The notes under the pieces are model-generated. The model saw only the letters and a list, made by a program, of their open reading frames with translations. It was not told the origin of the DNA and ran no database searches. Source: Piedraia hortae CBS 480.64 (Eukaryota). From it: a stretch of 64,000 nt of DNA. The translations under genes and the position numbers were made by a program. This document shows positions 37,469 to 47,628 of the stretch, one piece after another; position 1 is the stretch's first letter, and every line of letters starts with the position of its first letter. The DNA is taken from contig MU005976.1 in NCBI GenBank assembly GCA_010093745.1, positions 186,001-250,000 of the forward strand, given 5' to 3'.

Positions 37469-37910
37469 AGTGTACACAAGTAGCTACAGGGGGGTTATAT
37501 CAGTCCTTTTCTACGTAATTCCCCTATATTCCTGTTCGGCTTTGTGCTTTGTGAGATTCAGATATGCTGTACAAGGACGTTCAGGCATCATAACTTATCC
37601 TGGAAATCTTGGAAATATGGACAGGTAGTGGGTCTGTAATCATTGACATGACTTGACGTCTCATTAACAGGTGATGTTTAGGACTAAGCCAGAAACGGTT
37701 GCACTATCTCTCGTATGCGTCTAAGATGCACCTCCCAGATAAGATTTTCAGGACCCATGCAAAGATTACTGTAGGGATTTACCTGTGCACATGTAGCTTT
37801 CCCAATTTCCAATGCGGTTTCAATGTACTGTGGCCAATACAGCTCCCCTTCCCCACAAGCCATTTTCCGACCTTCCAGTGCAAGAATTCCTCAACATCTT
37901 CTACCTTGAT

Positions 37911-38699
37911 TCAATCCTTGGAGCGAATCAACTTCTTCAACAATGAAACAAACCTACGCTTGAATCGTCCCCAGCGATACAGCTGAGCGTTCTCCCCCGT
38001 CTCCATCCTCCTCGGCGGCCTCTTCCTTCTCGTTTCCGTGAGCCCATGCTCATCAACCCGGAGCCCTTCCAGTCCTCCCTCCACAGCAGGCCCCACACCA
38101 GACCCATCTCCATACATCTGTAGCCCCGGTCCATCATGTGCCGACTCCTCGATTTCGACGAGCACATTGTCCAATACTAGATCCGATGCTGTGTTGCCGT
38201 TCCCCCCGGGAAGCCCAGAATCATTGTCCTCTTGGTCGACTGCTGCGTTGTTGTTGTCCTCTGGTGGCTCCTCTTCCTCAATTATCGGACTCGGAACCCG
38301 AACTATGGAAGCCGCGCGACGGTGCCTGAAGTTCACCCCGGTGGGCGTATCACCTCTCCCTAGCAGTCCCGGAGGCCACCCGGGTAGCCCAGCAGTTCCA
38401 TCCCCTCTAGCTCTCGGAATCTGGACTATCGTAACCGTGCCGCCCAAGAGATTTCTCCCAATGGGCATATAACCACTTTGTTCCTCTGTCACTCTCATTG
38501 GAATCTGAACAACTGGAACTCTACTGCTGATGCCAATACCTTCACCGGCGGACATTTCATTTTCCACGATCTGACTCGCTGCTGCGCTGTCATTCTCTTG
38601 GGGAGGCCCACTGCCCTCTTCTTCTTCTTCTTCCTCTTCCAAGATCGTCTCGAGAACGCGGACTACACGATACCTGCTGGACCAGGAATTTATAAGCAT
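37911..38699 (-). CDS. Hypothetical acidic, disordered orphan protein (~262 aa)
   Basis: Long uninterrupted ORF with poly-Glu, internally duplicated segments and a basic C-terminus. No recognised domain. Confidence 0.45.
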   Translation of the reverse strand: MLINSWSSRYRVVRVLETILEEEEEEEEGSGPPQENDSAAASQIVENEMSAGEGIGISSRVPVVQIPMRVTEEQSGYMPIGRNLLGGTVTIVQIPRARGDGTAGLPGWPPGLLGRGDTPTGVNFRHRRAASIVRVPSPIIEEEEPPEDNNNAAVDQEDNDSGLPGGNGNTASDLVLDNVLVEIEESAHDGPGLQMYGDGSGVGPAVEGGLEGLRVDEHGLTETRRKRPPRRMETGENAQLYRWGRFKRRFVSLLKKLIRSKD

Positions 38700-41600
38700 C
38701 TTGCAGTATTGGTGAATTGTTGTGTGGGGAGGTCTTGCTATGCTGGTCGGCCGCAATTCCGCTGACAGGTCGATATTGACAGGTCACGGGGTTGGGATTT
38801 GATGGGGGAAAATCGGGACCTTGTCTTTCGAGGATAAAGCCTGTGGTGTGATCTTTCCTGGCGAAATGACCTTTTTGCTGCTTGGATGGATGGACTTGAA
38901 TGTCCCTCGAGCAGCAACTTGACTCTAAAAAAATCTTGCTGGGAAAAGTTGCTGCTGTGTATTCTAGTCCGTGAGACCAAGGACCCTACTGCCAAATCTG
39001 GACCCGAACAACACTGGATACAGGGGATATCACTTCATAGCGGACTATCAGCACACCCAATTTGGACTTCACCCACTCATAGATACAGCAGATCCTTGCT
39101 TTCGCGGACAGAATCCCGTCTCAGATCGATCTGCTATCCTCAGGTTCGAAGATGCCTCAGGAACGTCTCTATGAAGAGGAGTGTGGTTTAACCACACTGC
39201 ACGGGACTCTTCAATCGATATGTGAAGTGTCTACTCGGCATCCCCATAGCGTCGAAGAAGGCATGGAGTACGAAACGGTCTGGGTGTGGAAGACAAATTG
39301 CTCACGCTGCTAGAATCTTCGCCATGACACTCAAGACATTATTCCCAACATACTCAACTCATCTCTTACAGGTCTCAAGTTCTAGGCTATCAGAACTACT
39401 AGTTCTAATAGCCTCGATTGAGGTCTCATAAACCGAAACAAATATGTGAAGTCTCTTGCGTGGTCAGTGGATATGAGACATTATATGCTAGTTGAGAAAT
39501 TTTGGTCAGCACCAGAGCGAGGTGGACTCGAACAATCAGTACACAATAGCTTTGATCATGATACGTCCGATCTTGTGAAGCAAGAGGCCCTGGCTCACAG
39601 TTATCGCATTACCCTGGCCTCAGGAAACTAACCATTGCCGGAAGGCCTGACCTAAGAAGCCTCGCTGGAAAGTTGCGATCGACTCAAGAACTACAGTATT
39701 TGCATACCTCATACATTGAACTGTCGGATTGTTTGGGTCAGGCAATGGTGTGCGAGGCACATATATGTGTGGCTATATCTGTGTATGTATATGTTGAGGT
39801 GATGTTGAGGTGATGTGGAGAGATGATATGCGGAACTTCACCTCTCAAGTGCACTCGCCGGGATTGCGTAAATAGTGAATTTGGTTGGGAACGCCACTCA
39901 GCTCATCTTTGTGGCCAAATAGATGGCAAATCGCCTACGGTCGCGTTTCCTAGCTGAGATGGTTAAAGTCGCGTTCAGGTTCGACAGCCAGATATGCCTT
40001 CCAAGCGGCGGTGATCAAGTACAGGCCAGGATGAGGAGGAGCTAACAAGCTAGATTCTGCGCATGTTGCGCAGGACACCCAACGCATGCTGAGAATGCGC
40101 CAATACGGGTTAACGTGCGCTATGGTTGAAGCCAAAAAAAAAAAAACAATCATGGACAGAACTCCTATGCCTCTCTTTTAAATCACCATAATGTTATCGA
40201 CATCTTTGCCGTTGACGAACATGCAGCCGTCAGCTCTCTGCTACCCAATTTTGCCGATCTTGGGTCTCTCATTCTTTTTGGAACTGTTGGCATCTTAACG
40301 GGTGAAAGTTCTCCTATTGGGCAGTTTAGTATTGCAATCTGGACATTTGAATTGTGTAGTCGACTTAACTTCCTTGATCTTCCAGCAAGTGTCATAGAGA
40401 GCGCTTGAATTAGGGTCCAGCAAGAGCTTTTGATAGCACTGGTACCGTGCGTCCAGAACCAAAGTTGCTCTGGACGACATCCAAATTGCACCATCTTGCG
40501 GGGAGAGGTGCTTGAGCATTTGTACGAGATTGTCATTAATTGGGCCACCATCTTAGACAGCGAGCCCAAATTTGGTCCCTCGGTGGGCCTTGATGATATT
40601 TCTCACTTGTCGAATAGATGCATCGTTACCTGCATAAGACCTAACGTGGCAGATAACATGTGTGTTCGGTATACTTTTATTCCAAAAAAGTGGAGAGTCA
40701 AGTTATTGTACAATGCACAGTTGCATCCCGGTTTGTAACACCCGCTCATGCTATGTACACATCCCCAGCGTTAACGCTGCGATTTCACAGGAGTGGAATA
40801 CCGGTAAGTATAATGACCTTCAGCTGCTACTGTGTATACTTGAGCACTAACGCTGACTAAGTGGCCGCATATGTTGAATGGCTCATGGAAGGGAGGTTCA
40901 TGGTTGTTGTGCGATCATTCTTGTTCCTCTCAATCTTTAATCGTGCGGTGTGAGATTTATCACAAGTGATGTCGTGAATTGATTGCATTGGGATTATCTG
41001 TGCGGGGACGGGGCGAAGACCACACTTGGATATGAAGAAGCTTTCGTAGTGGAAGAGATTCACATTTGAAAGTAGGGAATGATGTCGCAGGAGCGCCGAA
41101 CAGCAACCTCCCGGGTTCACTTGGCTAAGGCAGGCCTACTTGGTTCGTCACTCGATAACTCTCACCAAAATGAGAGGTATTTTACTTCGACTCTGCCGGC
41201 CGTGTTAATGCCTTGTGCCTGGTCACAATCATCCCAGGCGAACTCAACTTCAGACGATCAGCCGTGCACTGCACTCTCGATCATGACACTGCTGAGCTGG
41301 TTCAGGGATAGGTTGCAGACAATTGCTCGTACTCTGAAACATTGAAAATGACTTTCAAATCCCCATAGAGTTCATTGAGGCAGTCACACAATTTGAGCTC
41401 TGGCTGAGCGGAAGCGGGTGGACGCCTTACGTTTATCACTTGTTGCTGAGAAGTATCAGTTTAACAAAGACTATGCAAGGAATAATCCTGTATAGCAAAC
41501 ACTCGAAGAGCATGATGAAAAGGGCAACGGAGTAATGGAGTCATATTTGGAATTGTTCGAACAAAGAAGCTACTTGTATATAAGCTCGCTGATGAACAGC

Positions 41601-42102
41601 AGAGATTAATAATTCAGACAACTCCGGAACGATTACGCTACGCAACAACTATCTTCCAACATCACTGTCACCACAAGCTTTCACCGCCGACTACCTGTAA
41701 CAAATTGCGGAATACAACCTTCTGGTCTGTCACATCCTCAATGAACTTGCCTCCAGGATGCCGCAATCGCCAGAACTCAACACAAATCAGCACCTAGTAT
41801 CCAGGAGGGTGACACAGGGGAAGTCTTGTCAATGGGTCTGGCTGGGTAATCAAATGGTAAGGAGATTTGGAGAACACGTGGCAAGCCAGGTGCATATATC
41901 GGCAAAGCTCCGCACACGCGCCGCGGATCAGTGATTATAGTATACGTTTCGACGTAAAGCTACTAGAAAGGTGAAGGCGAGACCACGGACAACAATTCTC
42001 GCTGGAATGATGACCAGACCAAGTACTTTCCAAAGCAGTTCTGAGAGTTAAGACGCGGTTGACTCCTAGTCTAATAGCTGTGTTGTCCCTTCTTCAGCCA
42101 GC

Positions 42103-42760
42103 ATGGTCTTAGCCTACAGAAAAATGGAGGAAGGGCCACCCCTAAGGACATTGCCAGGCGCCGACTCTGCAAGAGATTCGGTCACATCTAAGTCTAAGAC
42201 AGGATTCCTTATCACAATCACAAAGCCGCAGTTGCTTGGCGCTCCAAGCTCCAGAGATATCCTATGTTACACGGAGCTTGTTGTAGTCGGGCTTTTGCCA
42301 CGTGATTTGCTACTCAAACAGATACTCACCGCGAGTGCAATTCATCATCATGTGAAACGCCTAGGAGGTATCATTCATCCCCCAAGCTGGTGGAAACTAC
42401 CAAACCCAGAGCGCTATTTGGGGTCTTACTCCTTGTCCGAGCATGGGCGTTGGTCTGTTTTGATAACGGTCTTACTGCACGTCTGGTTAAGAAATACGCA
42501 CATTAAGTCCTTCTAAACCAAAGCTGTGAAAGCGGTACGTACCGCCCGAGATTTTCTTTCTGTGATGATTTAACTTTCCGTGCAGCAATTTCATGGCAAT
42601 TAATAAGGTCATGGTGCTGCCAGTGGGCCTTTTACGGCGTCGATGATCATCACGATCGCGTTCTCCTCGGTAGCGCGCTCTAATGTTAAGCTCATGTTCC
42701 TAAAAATAAGGCCGGAAAGCCTGCCACAACTCCAAGCCGAAATTGTGAAATGCAGATGCC
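42103..42760 (+). mobile_element. Fragment of a fungal transposase-like gene (CACTA/Plavaka-related, tentative)
   Basis: IIHPPSWWKLPNPERYLGSYSLSEHGRWSVLITVLLHVWL resembles a recalled P.gW.rLqsP..hL.SYslsEh.r motif of repeat-associated ascomycete proteins. Broken by stops. Confidence 0.35.
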
Positions 42761-42789
42761 ATTTCCAAGCCCCCCCATACCCACCCACG

Positions 42790-43035
42790 AAAACCTACCG
42801 TGAGTTGGCGTGGGCTCGGAATCTCTACCACAGGATGTGGGTTCGCATGACCGTTGCAACTCCTGTCTATGTGGATAATCAGTCAGCCATATCGCTGGCA
42901 AAGAACCAGGAAAACCACAAGAGATCAAAATATATTAAGCTTCCAAATCACTACTGCCGTCAGCAGTACCAGCAAGGGCATATGGGCATCCAGTACGTGT
43001 CGACAGCGAAGCAGTGAGCGGACCCTCTTACCGAG
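42790..43035 (+). mobile_element. Ty1/copia retrotransposon RNase H fragment
   Basis: RELAWARNL...PVYVDNQSAISLAKNQENHKRSKYIKLPNHYCRQ...IQYVSTAKQ*ADPLT matches the copia RNase H consensus (DNQSAI.LA.N...H.RtKHI...YH..R...YvpT..Q.AD.LTK). Confidence 0.85.
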
Positions 43036-43771
43036 GCAAAACAAGCTATCATGTCCTCATGAGGCGGACCAAGGTGTGCAGGCAAGAGTAAAGACATTAA
43101 GCGCTACACGCGAAGTTGCGACACCTCCATTCGAGCAAAGCCTTCACGTCTTCAATATCAAAGCACCCTGCTCCCAAACCCGGTGTCTCAGATGCCGTGT
43201 TCCCACATTTCTCTCGACTTTGTCACCGACATGCCGCCGTCCTTGGATCACCAGACATAAGATTTGTGGTTAGCGTCCTCCGCTGACATGTCATGTTGAC
43301 GTGAGAAGTTTTGGAAGCAAACAATGTAGGCAAATCTCACAGTATCGTTTCCGCCGAGCAGTTCTATGGATAACCTTTGAACCGCTAAGGTTGTGCTGGT
43401 TGTCTTACCACTAGCGTTGGTGTATATTTTCATAGCCCAGCAGCTATATATCCTGAGGCATTCTGTTTATATCTTGTCACTCTTTTGTCTGTTCAAAGTC
43501 AATTCCACTTCCGTGGGGCGCGATGATTTGTCGTTGGATCTTCGCCTCAAAATTATTTCCACTATGACACAGTGGACAAAGGGTCATTAATAACGTTAAC
43601 CACCGAAAATCAAGTAAAAAGTCCTGTTTCATCCCAACTCTACAAAACCCGCTCATCTGTTTCTCCGTGCCCTGCCAAGACCTTGTGGACGGGAAACACC
43701 GCAACCTAACCCACATGACGTCACCCCGCGTCCGCGGCCGGCGAATTTCTTCCCAAATCGCCAACCCAAGA

Positions 43772-44611
43772 ATGAGTAAACGCGCGCAAGCCAGCTCTGG
43801 CGCCGAAGTCACCGAACACCCCCAAATCGAAGGAATCGAGGACGGAGAAACCATCATCGACGTAGAGTTCGAATGGTTCGACCCGCAACCCGCCGTCGAC
43901 TTCCATGGGCTCAAAACGCTGCTTCGGCAGCTGTTTGACACAGACAACGAGAAATTCAACCTCTCAGAGCTAGTAGATATGATCCTTGCGCAGCCGACGC
44001 TGGGGTCGACGGTCAAAGCCGAGGGGAACGAAAGCGATCCGTTTGCGTTCCTCACAGTGCTGAATATGCAGCAGCTTAAGGATAAGGAGGTCATGGGGCA
44101 GCTGCGCGAGTACTTTTTGGCTCGCGCGGGACATGTCAACGGGCTGGAGGAGGTGTTGGAAAATGCGGATGCGCGGATCGGGCTGGTGTTGGGTGAGAGG
44201 TTCATCAATATGCCGCATCAGGTTGTGCCGCCAATGTACGATATGCTCCTGGAGGAGATTGGGTGGGCGAATGGGGATGGCGAGGAGTATGACTTTACGC
44301 ATTACTTGGTTGTGTCCAAAACGTATACTGAGGTCGAGTCGGAGCTCGCGACAGAGGATAGACCGCAGAAGAAGAGGAGGAAAGAGACTGCTGCAAACAT
44401 GGGGGAGTTTTACTTCCACCCTGAAGACGAGGTGTTTCATCGGTTTGCCGCCGGGTTTGGGAGCTATGATTATGAGAATCAGGGAGAGAGTGATGCGAAG
44501 AGAACTTTTCAGGAGTTGGGCGTCAAGCCGACGGGTCATTTGATCATTGTCGATGCAAAGAAATTCCCTGACGCGGTCAAGGCGGTGGGTGAGTTTTTGA
44601 AGGTTGAGTAA
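43772..44611 (+). CDS. BCP1: Bcp1 / BCCIP 60S biogenesis factor
   Basis: IDVEFEWFDPQPAVDFHGLKTLLRQLFD, GSTVKAEGNESDPFAFLTVLN, ERFINMP..VVPPMY, FYFHPEDE. Confidence 0.93.
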   Translation: MSKRAQASSGAEVTEHPQIEGIEDGETIIDVEFEWFDPQPAVDFHGLKTLLRQLFDTDNEKFNLSELVDMILAQPTLGSTVKAEGNESDPFAFLTVLNMQQLKDKEVMGQLREYFLARAGHVNGLEEVLENADARIGLVLGERFINMPHQVVPPMYDMLLEEIGWANGDGEEYDFTHYLVVSKTYTEVESELATEDRPQKKRRKETAANMGEFYFHPEDEVFHRFAAGFGSYDYENQGESDAKRTFQELGVKPTGHLIIVDAKKFPDAVKAVGEFLKVE

Positions 44612-44666
44612 ATGCTCTAATGTACAAATCCACACGAATTACGACCCTGTCATTACAATTTTCTTC

Positions 44667-45251
44667 TTATTCTACACTGCCAGTTCCTGAATCCGAGCCG
44701 GTGGCGGAGCTAGGGCCGGACACGCTTATGCTTGGATCCAGCGCAATCATCTCCGCGAGGGCATCGAGGATGGGCTAGAGAGATGGGTTAGCGTGGCCGG
44801 AGGGCGATTCGGGGGATCGTCTTACCTTGGGAACCGTCTTGTCGTAAATGGAAATCAGTTCGCGCGGCTGAGGGTACACCTTCAGCGCGCGGTAAAAGCT
44901 AGCAGCAGCGTCCAGAATGTCACTACCGTCGGAACACTTTCGCTCGGCCTCGGCGACTTGGTTCATGAAGTATGACTCCATCTCCTCCATCTCGGTGGGC
45001 AGCGCTCCGCTTCGTGCGTCTGCCACAATTTGCTCAATTTTCTTCTTGTGCTCACGCTCCGCACTCTTGGATTCCATCTCATGTGCCTTGGCGACCTTTT
45101 GGTGTTGGCGCTTTAGATGTTTACGAAACGCCGGATCGTTGCGCCGCTTGTAGTCAAAGTAAGCCGCATAGGCGATACCCCCAACCGCAATAGCTGCGCC
45201 GGCAGAGAGAAGTATCGTCGAGACCGACACCGACTGCGACTGCGTGGACAT
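44667..45251 (-). CDS. TOM20: Mitochondrial import receptor Tom20; exons 45251-44826 and 44774-44667
   Basis: N-terminal TM segment, YAAYFDYKRRNDPAFRK, FYRALKVYPQPRELISIYDKTVPK|PILDALAEMIA; 51-nt intron at 44775..44825. Confidence 0.95.
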
Positions 45252-45409
45252 CACTGCTGGTAGTGCTGACCGACGTTGCGGCGGCGGCGAAAAGACAGCG
45301 GGCGGCCCGACCCAGCCTGGCTCGGCCCGAGCTCAGGGCCCTGGGTTCGACTCCCCAACGAATTGTCCATAAAATCAGCTGCCCAACCAACCCCCATCCA
45401 GCCAGCAAC

Positions 45410-47452
45410 ATGTCTGAAAAGTCCAAGACGCTATCGCTGCGGCGTAGAAAAACCGCACGTCATCAAATCTCGGCGCGGCAGATATCGGCGCCGCGAGAGA
45501 ACCAGAACCTCGGGCAGCTCCGTCCGTCAACATCACACCTTCCAGTGCCAGGTGAAAATGGCAGGCCTAACATCAATGGAGACAAGACGAGCAATCTGGT
45601 CATGCGGCGGTATAGTACGCGCTTCACGGGCCAACCGATGCCGTACTTTGGGGACACCAATGAGCCTGTGCCGGCTCTGCCTTCAACATTTACCCAGCGC
45701 GGCCTCTCGCCGGATACCAGAGATAGATCTCGTGATAGAAGTCGTTCAGGCGAGAGAAAGTCGAGGATTGATATGCGGGCCTTGAATGATCCTAAACTGA
45801 ATGCAGAGGAGTATGTTCAATCTGTTCTGGCCGATGCTTCGGCTGGAGATATTAGGGCCTACCAAAATGAACTTCAAACAGTCAAGGGGCACACAAATGC
45901 AGATCTCCAGCGCTCAGTATACAAGAACCGCACTCAGTTCATCAAGATATCGAAAGAGGCTGACCGGTTAAAGTCGGAGATGCGCATCCTTCGGTCTCTG
46001 ATGTCCGAGCTACCTGGAGTTCTTGCCCATACCGCTAATGCGGCTTCGGATACCGAAGGACTGACGAGCACAATGAGCTTAGCTGACAGAAAGCGCGCTA
46101 ATAGATCTAGCGTTGCCAATCTGGAGGCTTTGTGGAGCTCCCAGCTGCAGGTATTGTGGAAGCGGGTCGAGGGCAGCCAGAAGTTCCTTCCAGCCGTACC
46201 GGGACGGCACATCATCGCGGAAAGCCAGAGATGGGTAGAGCTGAATGCCGCAACGTGGAAGACGAGGAGACGAGTTGCACTGGTTCTCCTCAACACGAAT
46301 CTGTTGGTGGCGAGTGAGAAGAAACGAAATGACCTGTTACAGTCAACGCCAAACTCCAAGGGATCACGAATGTCCATGTTCTACTCCCCGGGAGCATCGT
46401 CCCTGCACGGTTCTAATCACGGTCAGTCGTCTCCGTCACCAGCTGCCCCGACAACCTTTGTCGCCGAGCGCTGCTGGGCGCTGCAGGACGTATCTCTGGC
46501 AGATATTTCCTCCTCCGCTAGTCGAGAACAAGCTTCCATGGGCAACGCAATCAATCTGCGTGTAGGCAATGAATCTTTCACCTATGCAACACCAGACACA
46601 GCGGAGAAAGCGTCCCTCGTCGTAGCCTTCCGCAAAGCACAAGAAGATCTACGCAAACAACTGGCTGAGGAACACCGTAAGCGAGAGAGCCAACTAGACG
46701 AAATAACGTCGAATGTTGACCGCCTAAAACCACTCGGCGAAGCTGCTCCTCGCGATACCACCCTTCATAGGAGAAACAGCGTCTTGATCGACGTAGATGG
46801 ACGCCAACAGACGCTTCGCTGGGTCGAAGGCCAAATCGACAGCCTCGACATTGATATCGCCCTACAACGCTTTTCAGACGCCGTCAGTCGGACGGAAAAG
46901 CTGCGAAAACTGGCGCGAAACATCAAGGGCAACGCGTCCGCGCAGGAAGAAATCCTCGCAAGTATAAATTCACGCGCAGCGAAGCTTGCCTCCAACATTT
47001 CACGTCAGTTGGTTCTGAACAGCGGCGGCATGGAGCGCACGGCTGAAAACGTGTCCTGGCTCCTACGGTTGGGCTTTGACAACCTCGCCCGCAAGACGTA
47101 CTTGGACGCGAGGATGGAAACAATTCGTCTACGCGCGCGCACACTGCCTTTCACAGGTGCACTGGTGCCATACATCAGAGCCCTGGCCTACACCGTTTTC
47201 AACCTCATCCTAATGACGTTCCGAACGTATAACCGTAGCTTTCCGCCCGTGTGTGCAAGTGGCGTCGTCAAATGGGCGCTGGAGAGGGTTGAAGAGTTCA
47301 ATCAAGACCTGAAGAGGCAGCTGAAAGGCGTTGAGAGGGATTCGGAGGTATGGAAGCTATGTGCCGAGGGCGTTAGAGAGCAGGTGGGATGTTTGAATGA
47401 AGTTGCAGTCGACTTTGGAGGACTTGTTGAGAAGGGGTTAAGCGAGTGTTAG
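45410..47452 (+). CDS. EXO84: Exocyst complex component Exo84
   Basis: LVMRRYSTRF, DLQRSVYKNRTQFIKISKEA, PH domain VEGSQKFLPAVPGRHII..WVELNAATWK, LDIDIALQRF. Intronless. Confidence 0.93.
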   Translation: MSEKSKTLSLRRRKTARHQISARQISAPRENQNLGQLRPSTSHLPVPGENGRPNINGDKTSNLVMRRYSTRFTGQPMPYFGDTNEPVPALPSTFTQRGLSPDTRDRSRDRSRSGERKSRIDMRALNDPKLNAEEYVQSVLADASAGDIRAYQNELQTVKGHTNADLQRSVYKNRTQFIKISKEADRLKSEMRILRSLMSELPGVLAHTANAASDTEGLTSTMSLADRKRANRSSVANLEALWSSQLQVLWKRVEGSQKFLPAVPGRHIIAESQRWVELNAATWKTRRRVALVLLNTNLLVASEKKRNDLLQSTPNSKGSRMSMFYSPGASSLHGSNHGQSSPSPAAPTTFVAERCWALQDVSLADISSSASREQASMGNAINLRVGNESFTYATPDTAEKASLVVAFRKAQEDLRKQLAEEHRKRESQLDEITSNVDRLKPLGEAAPRDTTLHRRNSVLIDVDGRQQTLRWVEGQIDSLDIDIALQRFSDAVSRTEKLRKLARNIKGNASAQEEILASINSRAAKLASNISRQLVLNSGGMERTAENVSWLLRLGFDNLARKTYLDARMETIRLRARTLPFTGALVPYIRALAYTVFNLILMTFRTYNRSFPPVCASGVVKWALERVEEFNQDLKRQLKGVERDSEVWKLCAEGVREQVGCLNEVAVDFGGLVEKGLSEC

Positions 47453-47628
47453 CTGTCTACAATGGTCTATGTATTTACATGGAGTGAAATGTGTACTGAG
47501 TGTGTGAACGTTCGACCATACATGAGTCAAGTCAGGATGTAACATGATTCATGCTTACAGCGGAAATATTTCCACACGGATCGACCCGCGGGTCATCCAC
47601 AACGTCACCTCAGTCGATAGCGGCCGCC

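Noticed and set aside
45290..45365. tRNA gene around the GGTTCGACTCC T-loop
   Set aside because: No D-arm, anticodon arm or acceptor stem; kept only as a B-box candidate.
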